A DNA stretch of 37,801 nucleotides from Squatina squatina (Eukaryota). The stretch is from positions 14,250,451 through 14,288,251 of the forward strand of contig JARFOE010000176.1 of assembly GCA_031763465.1 (NCBI GenBank). Reading direction: 5' to 3'. The position numbers were made by a program, and so were the translations under genes. Of the stretch, positions 23,301 to 35,027 are shown in pieces. The notes under the pieces are model-generated. The model was not told where the DNA came from. It worked only from the letters and a program-made list of their open reading frames with translations, and searched no databases. Each line of letters begins with the position of its first letter. Positions within the stretch are counted from its first letter, which is position 1.

Positions 23301-26300
23301 TATGCAACTTTCTGCTGGCAGGGGACTAAAATACTTACATATAAACATGTCCATACGGTAAACTCTGCTGAATCGGTGACCAAGCTTCTCAAGTTTGGGA
23401 CTCAAGAGATTCACGACGAGATTGCAAGCAGCAGCCCTGTGTAAGCCAAGATTAACGACATTTACCAAACAATGGGGCTTAATATTGAATAACCCGCGAA
23501 TGAGCTGCCGCTCTCCAGTGGTTGGCAAAGTCTGTGTACTTACAGCGAGTTGATGGATGGCAGTGAACTTCTGGACAGAGCTCTCATATGCGAATAGGTA
23601 AAACTTGCCACCTGCAGACTGGTCTCGGTTAGGAGTGAATTCGCCACCAGGGCTACTAAAGTCAGAGGTGGTTTGGTAGCGAACAGCACAGCACAAGCTA
23701 TCATTCGTTCTTCGGGATGATTCTTTCGATTGAGGAAGGTCTGCACAGCGATACGTTGTACCTTGTGGCAAATGATAAAAAGGACGATTTAACGGTGGTC
23801 AAGCAGTGTTGCACTACGGGGGTGAAAGTTGGGCTGAATAAACATCCCGACAGAATCAATGGAAATAAATATGGGACGGCATTTATAGCGGGCGAGCGCT
23901 GTTGTCATTCCCTCCCTTTCCCAATTTCCCCCAAATGTCATATTTTCAATGCATGACTTATCGCATTGAAATGTGATCAATGTCCACAAGTAAATTGAAA
24001 CAAATGTTAATATCACAGCAAATACTCGAAATAAATGAGGTTGTCGTACAGTTCGTGGGTCTTTCCTTGCAATGTTACGCAGCGCCATGATTGCATCCAC
24101 TCGGACTTTCAGTGGGAGAGTCGCGGCGGCTGTTCCGAATCCAGGTAACAGTTTCACGATACTCTTGATGCTCGCCGGCTGCCCCGCATTGCCGATCGCT
24201 TTGAGGCCGAGAACGATGTCCTCATCATTGGGCCGACTGGCCGCTTCGGTGAGCAATTCGTGGAGCGGCTGGAAGAAAAGACTCGGTTAAGAGATGTGCA
24301 GAAGTCACACAAACACGCGAAATGTGGCGGCTGGATCAATGAGTCACATGAGCTCACCTTCAGCAGTTCATCGGGGCAAGTTGACTTTTCTGCACAGAAT
24401 CTGAAAATCATAGAACCGTAGGCAAGAAGTGTACCTTTGCGAAGAAAGTGGAATTCTTGAACTTGCTTAAGATCGATGATTTCCTGCAGAGAGAAACCAA
24501 ATACGAATAGCCAATATTTTTACACTGCACATATTAACATTGTGAAAATGACAACAATCTCAAGGTGTCGTGTCGTGGTGGGCTACTGGACGAGTAATCC
24601 AGAGCACGTGTTTTCAAATCCCACATGCTTTACAATATGAAACCAGTTTAAACATTCTGGAAAGTAAAAGTGACCCTGAAGTTGTCAAATTGTCGTTAAA
24701 TTAGCAAAGCTTTCACTAACGCCCTTAAAAATGGACACCGACTGTCCTTACCTAATCTGGCCTATTTATGACTACAGTCCCACATCGATGTGGCTGACAT
24801 TGACGTGAACTGGTAAACCACTCGGTAGTCCCAAATATTTCTCAGGGCAACTGGTGATGGACAATAAATGCTGGCCTTACCAGAGATGCCCTCAATGCGA
24901 CAACTGTTTTTTTTAAAGGGACAAATGGTATAGACTAAGTGCATACTCACTTTAGCTAAAAGTAAAACTTGCCGGTCGGTTTTGACTTGGTGCATTGCAA
25001 GAAGTAAAGCCTGAAGTGTTTCGAAGGGGCTGATTTCATTATCTTGAATTCTGGTCTTCAGGCACTTCAGCGAGTCAATTGTTCCAACAGCGGGAAGCGC
25101 TTCAAGGAACCAGCGCCTACAGTTAGGAAACAGAGCGAGGAGCTTTTATAGTTTCATTCATTCCCTTTCCTTCTACAACATTAATATTGTCAGGGTTGCT
25201 GGGTCAAAATCCTGAAATTCGCAGCATGGTGGGTATAGCTTCTCCACATGGACTGCAATGTTTCAAGAAGGCGTCTCACCACTACCTTCTCAAGGACCAA
25301 CAGGGCTGAGCAATAAATACTGGCATCCACATCCCGAGAATGATTTCAACACAATTCCTTCATACACTGAGACGTATCTGGGACGAGCTGACTGGACAAT
25401 GAGGTCTTGCATTACTCTGCCACTTTCAACATTGTTAATTGGGCGGAGTTGCGCTGGAGTGGATTAATCAATTGTTGCAGTCAGGTCAAGTACAGATTGA
25501 AGATGTCGCATAGCCTGAGTCGAGCTGAGGGGGCCACATTTTCCCTGCACTGGCAAACCCTTTCCATTCGCCACACCAGCTCTTTCACCCTTTGAGTCTG
25601 AGATTGTGCGGTCAGCGATGAGCTCTGTGCAATGGAGCTGTCTCGTCAATTGATCAAATGCATTCTTAGAGAAAATTCTGACAATCATTGATTAGAATAT
25701 TTGAAAGCTAAAAACCCTAAGTCCCGCTGTCATTGATAAACTGATATTTAAGTAGACATCTCGGTTGGTGATTCGTTGGGCTTTGATTGTGACTGCCTAA
25801 ACGCTTTGCACTTCGGATTTGCTAAGTTCATTGTCCAAACTACTGGTGACCCTTTTAAGTAATACATCTCATAACAGTTAAAAAAAAGAGTTGTAGGTGT
25901 GTGAATGAGAGCTTACAAACAGTCATCTTCGAATAAACTTCCATCTTAAATTGTAATATTAATGCTTTTGTGAGGAGCTACCTTTGTTCAGGATGGCTCT
26001 TAATCCGTTTCCAAATTTCCGTAAAAGCTGCGTATGGAGCTGAACGCAGAAGCTGGACAAGCTGCAAGAACTTAGCTGGAGCATCGGCATGAATATCCTG
26101 CACATTGTGCTGGGCCATGTGAGCCAAGGTATCTTCGATCTATTACAAAAGGAGGAAACTGTGTAAAATTAAGGTCTTTCCCTCATGCAAAGTGCACAGT
26201 AAGAGGCAAAGAATATGTTGACGCTATTCACCTTAAGGATCACATTCTGGTCCTTAATCAGCCAGAAAGGTTGCTGGAGTACGTTGCTGTCACTGCGGTA

Positions 26301-29093
26301 TTGCAAGCTTCGTCGATTCTGGAAGTCCGGTACTTCACTTACTGACGCTACTGTGACCTGCTGCAGGATAAGGCTTTGTCTGCAAAGGGAAATGTTCATC
26401 AGAAGCTAGCGATAACTAATGCGGCAATGAAAGACAGTCAAACAGCGTCATACAGGGGAGGAAAATCAGGACCGAATCATTGGGGAAAACTCATGTTTAG
26501 CAGCAATTAATGAAAACTTCCTGGTCTAAGCTGCAATCAGAACTGATTCTAGTCTACAAGGATTCACACAGGCAGATATTGAAAAACGTTAAGTTACAGA
26601 CACTCCGAAGAAATAGACAGTAATATGAAATGATCAGAAACATTTGAAAAAAGATAATTGATGCTGAACTGTCCATATTCTTACCTTGCCTCCAGCCAAA
26701 TAGTTCTGTCAAGTTCATGGAATGGTGTGAACTGATGCACTTCTCGAACCTTGGCTTCCTGAAGGATTGCACCAGCTGCTGTAGGTTTTAGGATGAGAGT
26801 GGAAGTAGCAGTCGCACGTATATTCTTGCCTCTCTGAAGATCAGGAAAGAATATCAGGGTTACCATTCTGTGTACTTCGATTAATTGGTTCGGAATACAA
26901 GGTGAGGCCTCTATCAACCCCAACCCATGGAGGAGAAGAAACAATGGCTTTTTCACCAGGGAAATGGATCAGAATATAAAATGATAGTGTTAGTATTAGT
27001 TATCTTGGAATAATCTGAGAAACAATTGAAGATGAACAGTGTACCTGCTGACAGGAAGGGCAGAGTTGGGTGTAGGCAATTCCAGTTTGCTTTATAATCT
27101 TCTCATGGCAGTTGCTCAGGTCTTTGGATTTTGTTACAATCAAGCGGTCCTTTTTCTTGTCCTCTTGAATTATATATCTTGCATGGCAAACTCCTTCAAT
27201 TCCAGCCTGCACATGGCAAAGTAAAATTGAGTTATTGTATGAGACCAAGAAAGCAGGAACAGATGAAGTTTAAAGCTCAGGGAAAAAACGTACCTCTTGT
27301 AAATCGTAGAAATTTTGCGACTTCTTGATGTTGATTTGGAAAATGTTGAGGATTCCTCTGTGGATGTTCAGGACATCTTCAGGTAAGTTCGCAGGGGCGA
27401 AGATATTTCCCACTCGGCCCTTGTTGTACTCAAACTTCACGGGTTTGATCAGTTGTGGAGCCAGTCGTCCCGTCAGCTTACGGGCTGAGGAGAACGGGTC
27501 CTTTGGCCAAATTCCATGGAGCTCTTGAATCTTGGGTTCTTCAATCTGAGAAACCAGATTGAGATATTATACAGGGGATGAAACTGTACCAGCCCCATTT
27601 TACTGCACAGTCTGGATTTAATCATTTGGAGGTCTGCATATTTTCTTACATTGAAATTAATTGTGTGAATTGCCGCAGCTTATACATACATCGTATTAAT
27701 TATATCGTATTAACAGAACAGTAATAGGCCACTTGGTCCAACAGGTCCAGGCAAGTTTATGTTATTAGTTCCTGGGATTTGGGCGTCACTGGCAAGGCCA
27801 GCATTTATTGTCCTTCCTGAATTGCCCTGAAGAGGGTGGTGGCGAGCCACCTTCTTGATCCACAAAGGCCAGTTCAGAGTCAACCATATTGTTGTTGGTC
27901 TGGAGTCACAGAGTCAGACCAGGTAACAATGGGAGATTTCCTTCCCTGGGTTTTTTACAACAATCCTGTACTTTCAATGTCACCATTACTGACAGTAGCA
28001 TTTTATTCCAGATATATTTAATTAGCTGAATTTATATTGCCCACCTGCAATGGTGGGATTATGAACTCGCGTCTCTCGATGATTCGTCCAGTAACATAGC
28101 CACTATGCTACTCTACCCCCTATGCTGTTTATGCTCCACACCAGCCACCTCCCACCTTACTTCATCGAATATCCTTCCATTTCTTTCTCCTTCATGTACT
28201 TATCTAGATTCCCCACTGATCTAGATACCCCTTACTTTTTTCCTTTTGCCTTACTGGTTAGGTCCCGTTTAAAATATTCTTAAAGAGCACCAGAGATTCT
28301 GGATGATCTCACTCGTGTCACTTTCCTTCCCTTAAAGGCAGCAGCAGTTCCACTTAGTGCTTTGCGTGACTGGAACTTGGAGTTGCGTGGTGTGGGAGAT
28401 TGCGGCTCCAGTACAACTCTCTATCTTTCCAATTACACCTTCATTCCTGATTGCAGGAGAATCAGAATAACAAAGCTACAAATACATTTTAAAGGAATTA
28501 CTTATTCTACTAATATTTGAGAAGTATAGGCCTGATCGAAAGATATGAAATTAAGCTTCAGTTTTTAAGCAAGCCTTCTGCCCATGGCTGAAGATCTCAT
28601 CTCCACCCTTTGAGTGTGATTTTTATTTACTTGCTCCCAGCGATGTGATAATGTGGAAATATTCATAAATCCGCTTACTTGAAGAAGGTACTGGCTTTGT
28701 CCCATTCCTCTGATTTTCACTTTGCAGTTTATTCTCAGACCAGCTCGATTCAAGCCTTTTTCCGGCAGCCCAGTCAGAATCACGCCTTCATACCTGTAAA
28801 TATGCAGCTTGTTCTCGGAGAAGGCGGGATCTGCGCACATTGAAATATTAAAGCGACATCAAAGCGTAAAACATAACAGTAAACTGGCAGCAAAATATTA
28901 CAGCGTTTGACTAAAAAAGAATATACATACCATATCTGGTGATATGTTCGCTCCCTGCAAATTAAGGAACAAACAAAAGTAAGCAAAATGTTGTCAAGCA
29001 TTCAAGGTTTTGTTCTTAAAAAACGGAAGAAAATAATCGATGTCTTAACTTACCTGCAAAGGCGACAACCAACAAGAAAATGAGTGCCCTCAT
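10866..29093 (-). CDS. vtg: Vitellogenin (complete-type domain set: lipovitellin heavy chain, phosvitin, light chain, vWD/beta-prime, CT); terminal exon not located
   Basis: Exons traced by hand with GT/AG boundaries and compatible phases: 29054-29093 (MRALIFLLVVAFA), 28931-28954, 28679-28830, 27294-27545, 27045-27206, 26685-26833, 26232-26379, 25982-26139, 24951-25116, 24358-24483, 24050-24268, 23544-23761, 23339-23436, 22819-22943, 22606-22707, 22389-22508, 22100-22283, 21699-21783, 21368-21553, 21132-21282, 20683-20905, 19157-19323, 18278-18598, 17656-17685 (tentative), 16429-16482, 15990-16139, 15663-15875, 15414-15556, 15183-15321, 14945-15074, 14125-14317, 13275-13366, 11371-11465, 11127-11277, 10866-11027. 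Total 5128 nt, about 1709 codons. Diagnostic motifs: YEGVILTGLPEKGLNRAG, NIHRGILNIFQ, AGIEGVC, LKAIGNAGQP, poly-Ser, TCGICG, CYSVEPVQRC. Confidence 0.97.
11730..12242 (+). mobile_element. CR1-type LINE 3' fragment in a vtg intron
   Basis: [34 protein letters not shown], then the LINE 3' UTR ending ctcctgctcctagttctt. Confidence 0.9.
17065..17430 (+). mobile_element. CR1/HER1-like LINE 3' end in a vtg intron
   Basis: GKPFRTEMRRNFFTQREVNLWSSLPQ..KGYGEKAG, followed by gggccgaatggcctactcctgctcctatt(ttctatct)n tail. Confidence 0.9.
18278..18598 (-). CDS. vtg: Vitellogenin phosvitin exon (Ser-rich, Arg/Lys-rich)
   Basis: Acceptor at 18599-18600; GGMQNATWAKSY(S)9RKNSGRG..RRRT(S)9AQ..; (AGC)9 at 18344-18370. 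The donor after 18278 (GAG|gtagag) is inferred from phase; an alternative gtaagc donor after 18310 would be phase 1. Confidence 0.85.
24568..24900 (+). mobile_element. Degenerate SINE with tRNA-like head, in a vtg intron
   Basis: Head with ctggacgagtaatccagag..ttcaaatcccac; the 3' part matches 77-252. Confidence 0.65.
27770..28112 (-). mobile_element. Degenerate SINE and LINE-tail pieces in vtg intron 3
   Basis: Reverse complement of the aataaatgctggccttgccagtgacgccc tail, plus a tRNA-like head at 28050-28110. Confidence 0.6.
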
Positions 29094-29127
29094 GCTGGGT
29101 CTAAAATCAGCTTGGTTCTGCCTCCCA

Positions 29128-29134
29128 ATATATA
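29128..29134 (-). promoter_or_regulatory. TATA box of vitellogenin
   Basis: Minus strand reads ggcTATATATtggg, 35-41 bp upstream of the ATG, consistent with the very short 5' UTR of vertebrate vtg genes. Confidence 0.8.
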
Positions 29135-29423
29135 GCCAGTAATTCTGCATCAGGTGACCACTCTGAATCGATATTTTGCTGAATAGTGCACTTTTTATCA
29201 GTATCAAATTTCATGCTTTTGGAATAATATTATTCTGTTGAAATAATTTATGAAGATGCAATATACTTCAATCGTAATAGATGGAGGCTTTGCAATCCCT
29301 TCCTAAATATACCAGCCATACACAGGTTTGGTTAAATAATAATGAGTTTTTATTAAATAACATAAAATATCTCAAAATTCAATTGATGATGTGGCTTGAC
29401 ATGTGTCGTAATTTCACTACACC

Positions 29424-29436
29424 GGTTAGAATGACC
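29424..29436. promoter_or_regulatory. Estrogen response element (1 mismatch), GGTTAgaaTGACC
   Basis: 9 of 10 matches to GGTCAnnnTGACC, about 330-345 bp upstream of the vtg ATG. Confidence 0.75.
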
Positions 29437-29539
29437 TTGATAGATCAAGAGAAACATGCCCTGGTGGACACAGTTACGATGTGACACATGTTTTGTTCAA
29501 TCATTCAAATCGTTGTTGACTTTGTTGCGATATGCTTTG

Positions 29540-29552
29540 GGTCACAGTGACT
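29540..29552. promoter_or_regulatory. Estrogen response element (1 mismatch), GGTCAcagTGACT
   Basis: 9 of 10 matches to the consensus; reverse complement is AGTCActgTGACC; about 450 bp upstream of the vtg ATG. Confidence 0.8.
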
Positions 29553-29734
29553 TGTTAAAAATTGCCAGCACACCTCAGGCATAAAAAAGAGTCAATACAA
29601 GTTAACTGAAAATAGATTTCATGCGGAATTTCAGATTTGAAACCAAATGAATCTGAATGCCATTTTATATGCGAAATCCATTATTAGTTCTGGTCCAGTT
29701 GAATAAGTTTGATAAGTGTAAGTTTTATTTATCT

Positions 29735-29945
29735 TTTCTTATTAAGAATCTTGCAGAGTCGGCACATAATTGGCAAATGAAATTCAACATTACTAAATGT
29801 GAGATATTACATGTTGGTAGGTAAAATAGGACAATCACACATTACCTGGAAAATAAGAATCTTAAGTGGTATCGAAGCACAAAGGGATCTCGGAGTACAA
29901 ATACACCAATCACTAAAAGTATCGACACAGGTTAACAAGTGTAAG
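29735..29945 (+). mobile_element. CR1-type LINE fragment upstream of vtg
   Basis: tggcaaatgaaattcaac..aaatgtgag (WQMKFN..KCE) and agggatctcggagta (RDLGV); homologous to 30955-31020. Confidence 0.8.
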
Positions 29946-30949
29946 AATGTACAGACCCTTACATCTTGAGGATTTAATGTGCTTTGCCAGGCCAAAAGAC
30001 TTTTCAAAGTAAGATGAAGTTGCTGAATGTAACAAACTGTTCTTCGCTGCAAAAAGAAGAATATTCATTAAGTCATCCTCTGAGAATTGGATGGAGGTTG
30101 ACAACCAACTTTGATGAGCGAAGACTAACAACTCGACCAAATTCACCAGCATGCAATGAGAAACCTTAGGCAGTGCTGATGGGTCAATTTCTTTTGGAAA
30201 TCTTACCGAGTTGCTGAAATTTGAAACATTAGTCTAATTTTCTTTATGGCTGAAAAGCCAGGTGGTGCAATCAGTTCGGAAAGGTGATCAAGACAGATAA
30301 TGCTCAGTGTTCGGATGGCTGCTAAAGCCAGACAATACAGTTTGTATTGGTGCTGCGGGGTTATGAAACAAGACACCCGGAGCTGAAGGAATATGTCAAG
30401 ACACGACACTTGTTAACAACGTTTGCACAATGTGTATTGAAACTGAGCAGCTTGGGTTCTGATGAGGCCAGCTAACAAATAACAGCGGTCGGTAGACACA
30501 GGGTATGCATGTTTCAAAGCCTGTCAACCAGAGACAACTCAAGCCAACCATTGGGGGAATGACCCACACAGCCCTTGCAAAATGGGAATTTACTGTGCAG
30601 AACAAGAACTGTATAAATGTTAGTCACCAAAGGTTATCAGCGCTGAAATCAGAAGGAGGTGTCCTGGCCAGTCAACTCGCCTTCGAACACCTACAATCAA
30701 TGCTAGATTGATCATCTTTGCGGGTGGTTGTATGCATGATCTTTTGTAACATTATTTGTGTAATCCTAGAATTTGTAGCAATATTGATATTTGAAGCTGT
30801 CTCGAGGACAATAACATTTTAAAGACAGAATTCGGGTGTCTTATGCAATTTCTTGTAAACCTCAAGTACGAATCAGTAACCCGTAGTTCCCAGGAGTGAT
30901 GTCGTACACAAGCCCGTATATCCACTTAGAGCATGCCTGTCTAGGTGTG

Positions 30950-31362
30950 GTGTAGGAACAAAGGGATCTTGGAGTACAAATCCACCGATCACTAAAACTT
31001 GTGCCACAGGTTAGCAAGTCCAGAAAAAAGCAAGCCAAGCACCAGGGATTATTTTTGGAGGGATAGAATTGAAAAATAGTGAAGTTATACAAAAGCTTTA
31101 TTCACCTTGTGTCGAACATACTTGGAATACAACGTACAATTCTGGTCACCATATTCTAAAATTGTTATAGATGCATTGGAGAGGGTGCAGAGAATATTTA
31201 CAGGCATGATACCAGAAATACGAGGCTATACCGATCAGGAAAGAATGAACAGGCTGGGTCTCTTTTCCATTTAATACAGAAGGCTGAGGGATGACCCAGC
31301 AGAAGTCTTTAAAATCATGAAAGATTTTGATAGAAAAGATACAGAGAATGTTTATCCCACTT
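30950..31362 (+). mobile_element. CR1-type LINE fragment
   Basis: RDLGV, LEY..QFWSP and ALERVQRIFTGMIP remnants. Confidence 0.8.
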
Positions 31363-31371
31363 AAGAAAATA

Positions 31372-32420
31372 AAAACATAAAAACTGGGAGAGACTAGGAC
31401 AATCGGCCCTTCGAGCCTGCTCCTCGATTCAACAACTTCATGGCTGATCCTCTCCCTCAACTCCACCTTCCTGCACTATCCTCCTATCCTTTAATTGCCT
31501 TTATTTCTAAACATTCATCGATCTCTGTCTTTAATATACTCAATGATTGGACATACACAGCTCTGTGGGGTAGAGAATTCCAAACATTCACAACACTTTG
31601 ACTGAGAAATGTCTCCTCATCTCATTCCTGAATGGCCGACCTCCTCTTATTTTGAGACTGTGATCCCGTGTTCTAGATTCGGAAGCCAGGGGAAACATCT
31701 TCTCATCATTGACCCTGTCAAGCTCCTTAAGAATTTTAAATATTTCAACTACTTCACCTCTCATTCCTCTAAATATTGGGGATTCTCGGCCTATTCTACT
31801 CAATCTGTCCTCTGAGGGCAATCCCTACATCTAAAGAACAATCTAGCTAACAATTGTTGCACTTCCTCAAAGGCAAGTATGTCTTTCCTTGGGTTAGGAG
31901 ACCAGAACTGTACACAATACTCCAGGTGTGGCCTCACCAATGTCCTGTATAATTGTAGTAAGACTTCTTTACTCTTTTACTCTAATCCCTTTGTAACAAA
32001 AGCTAACATACCATTTGCTTTCCTAATTGCTTGCAGTACCTGCATGTTAACTTTGATTCACATACAAGGACACCCAGGTCCCTCTGAATGCAAACATTTC
32101 CCAGCCTCCATTCAAAAAAAATTCTATTTTATTTTTCTACCAATGTGGATCACTTCACACTTCCCCACATTGTAATCCATTTGCCTTGTTCTTGCCCACT
32201 CAGCTAACCTGGCTATATCTCTCTGCGGCCTCTTTGCGTCCTCTTTGCGTCCTCCTCACAGCTTACTTCCCCACCTAACTTTGTATCATCAGCAAACCCG
32301 GATACGTTACTCAGTCCCTTTTATCCGAGTCATTAATACAGATTGTAAATAGCTGTGGTCCAAGCACTGATGCTTGTATTACTCTGCTAGTTACAGTTTG
32401 CCAACATGGAAAAAGTCCCA
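31372..32420 (-). mobile_element. CR1/HER1-like LINE 3' kilobase
   Basis: QASVLGPQLFTICIND, EDRLSRIG..RGEVVEIFKILK..RTRDHSLKIRGGRPFRNEMRRHF, and a 3' UTR with ctcgaagggccga near 31405-31417. Confidence 0.9.
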
Positions 32421-32913
32421 NNNNNNNNNNNNNNNNNNNNNNNNNNNNNNNNNNNNNNNNNNNNNNNNNNNNNNNNNNNNNNNNNNNNNNNNNNNNNNNN
32501 NNNNNNNNNNNNNNNNNNNNTGAAGTGCAGGCTTGCTTGTGTAAGTTAACTTTTGTAGAGAGCACAATTAGCAAGTATTGGGAAATGGCCCAAATTGAAA
32601 AGAAACATCTAAATTTTGAAATATATTCTGGTTTGAGCCAATAGATCCCTCCATTTTGAAATTCCCTTCTAAAATGCATCCATTTCTTCAAAAGCCTCCT
32701 TAAAACCCATCTCTGAAAACGCCTTTAATTATCCCCCCTAATTTCTGCTCTGTGTCCATTGCTCTCCACCCCACCATTTGTGGAGTGCCTTGGGTGGCTT
32801 CACAGCATTATAAGTGAATTCTTTACTAACACACAGATGACCTTTGAGTCTGGCAGTGCCGCACAACTCTCAGCATCTGTACCAAACATACAATTTCTTA
32901 AATCGTTTCTCAG

Positions 32914-33145
32914 ATCACAGATGTTAGAATTCTGGAGTACAATGGCATTTGGCCGAGGGACCGCTTTACCTCAGCGCGTAAACTGTCGCAGAAACTGGCT
33001 CCAGAGCTAACCAAGCCCGTGAAGTTTGAGTACAACAATGGCAGGGTGGGAAACGTCTACGCCCCAGCAAACTTGCTTGAAGATGTCCTGACCATCCACA
33101 GAGGAATCCTCAACATTTTTCAAATCACCATGAAGAAGTCACAAA
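32914..33145 (+). CDS. vtg: Exon 4 of a second vitellogenin paralog, truncated by a gap
   Basis: tttctcag acceptor (cag at 32911-32913), then ITDVRILEYNGIWPRDRFTSARKLSQKLAPELTKPVKFEYNNGRVGNVYAPANLLEDVLTIHRGILNIFQITMKKSQ. 55/77 aa identical by hand to the exon at 27294-27545, same splice phase, no stops. Confidence 0.9.
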
Positions 33146-33847
33146 NNNNNNNNNNNNNNNNNNNNNNNNNNNNNNNNNNNNNNNNNNNNNNNNNNNNNNN
33201 NNNNNNNNNNNNNNNNNNNNNNNNNNNNNNNNNNNNNNNNNNNNNAATGTTTACTTTAGCTACTCTCTTCCTTTTTATATACTTGTAGAAGCTCTTACTG
33301 TCAGTTTTTATATTTCTTGCTAATTTACTCTCAATCTATTTTCTCCCTCAATTTTTTTTTTTTTATAAAGTCATCCTTTGCTATTTTCAAATTATGGTGC
33401 AAAAGTAATTGGACTGGCATACTTTTGGTATTTGTGAATTTTGGAGAATTGATTCAAGGCAGCATACTATGGAAAAAAAGTTAAGCTGACAAGAAAACAC
33501 TTGAGTAATAAAAATATATGAATCTAAACATTCGCTAGTTGAAGGCCATCAGGACAGAAACACAAATGGGCAAGGAATCACACGCCATCAAGTCTTCAAC
33601 TGTTTGTACATTTGGTTATAAAACTTACTAGTAGACAAGGCACTTTGTGGCTTCATTATTTTTGGCCTTTTGCTCTCCATAAAAGGAGTCATGTTCAAAA
33701 ACTGCTGCTTCAACCATGTTGCACGATCTTCTTCAAAAACCTTCCTCTGCAGATAGAAATGCAAAGTGTCACAAAATGCCCCTTCTGCATCCATCAATTC
33801 ATTCCTCCCACAACTGTGTCAGAATGTACAATAGCTTGATGAAATAT

Positions 33848-33881
33848 ATGCAAATTCTACATCTATATGTAGAATTTGCAT
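33848..33881. repeat. Perfect 15-bp inverted repeat with 4-nt loop
   Basis: atgcaaattctacat-ctat-atgtagaatttgcat. Confidence 0.9.
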
Positions 33882-33924
33882 CAGAAATGTGAAATGCATT
33901 TTCTTGAGAACTAAGATACAAAAA

Positions 33925-34377
33925 AAATCAAAAAGACTAATGGAATGTTAACCTTTGTATCTAGAGCGCTAGAATATAAAGGGGAGGAAGTTTTGTTATA
34001 GTTATACAAAGCCCTGGTTAGACTACATCTGGAATATTATGTAAAGTTCTGGGCACTGCACCTTAGAAAGGACATACTGGCCTTGGAAGGAGTACAGTGC
34101 AGATTCACCAAAATGTTACCAGGGCTACAAGTATTAGATTATGGAGGAGAGATTACAATATCTAGGCTTGTATCCCCTGGAATATAGAAGGTTAAGGGGT
34201 GATTTGATTGACGTTTTAGGATTTTGAAAGGAATGGATAGGGTAGAGATATGAAACTTTTTCCGCTGGTGAGGGGAGTCTATGACAAAAATCAGAGCCAG
34301 GCCATTCAGAAGAAAAGTTAGGAAACACTTCTTCACACAGAGTGATAGAAGTGTGGAACTGTCTCCCATAAAAAGCA
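33925..34377 (+). mobile_element. CR1-type LINE fragment
   Basis: [29 protein letters not shown] remnants and RARPFRRKVRKHFFTQ. Confidence 0.88.
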
Positions 34378-34477
34378 NNNNNNNNNNNNNNNNNNNNNNN
34401 NNNNNNNNNNNNNNNNNNNNNNNNNNNNNNNNNNNNNNNNNNNNNNNNNNNNNNNNNNNNNNNNNNNNNNNNNNNNN

Positions 34478-34628
34478 TGGTCTCTCCTATGTAGAGGAGA
34501 CCACATCGTGAGCAGCGAATACAGTATACTAAATTGAAAGAAGTGCAAGTAAATTGCTGTCTCACCTGGAAGGGGTGTTTGGGGTCCTGGACAGCGGGGA
34601 GGGCGTAAAGGGCAGGCGTTGCATCTCA
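34478..34628 (-). mobile_element. Penelope-like retroelement GIY-YIG endonuclease fragment
   Basis: QFTCTSFNLVYCIRCSRCGLLYIGET: the VY..CxxC..YIGET motif of Penelope/Neptune-type endonucleases. Confidence 0.82.
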
Positions 34629-34853
34629 TTAGATAAATCATTAAAATCATTAAGATAACTGCTTACCATCTCATGGTAATAAATCAGTGCTCTCAATCAT
34701 GTGTGAAAAAGCATGACCATTTCATAGCAAAAACAGTTTTCACAGCAGTTCCAAATTTAGTGATAAAGGACAGAATCCTCTGTAGTTGGTCTATAAAATC
34801 ACTGGGCTATTCTATGTTGGGACTAACAAACACAAAATAATCAAAAGAGCTAC

Positions 34854-35027
34854 CTCATGCCCCAGTCGAATAGCTGCTTCTGTAAAGTTCCTTCTCTCTC
34901 TTTCAAAGTTTTTTTTCTGATCATTAAATAGTCTCCACTCTTCTTTCAATCGTTCTTTCTCTTCTAGTAAGTAGCAGTCACGCAGTAGTACGGCTGTTTC
35001 ATCATCACACTGGGCATTAAGCTGTTG
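34854..35027 (-). CDS. SSX2IP: Internal exon of afadin- and alpha-actinin-binding protein (ADIP)
   Basis: ttccaaag|[58 protein letters not shown]|gtagc; matches the recalled conserved [18 protein letters not shown]..[16 protein letters not shown] block. Confidence 0.92.
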
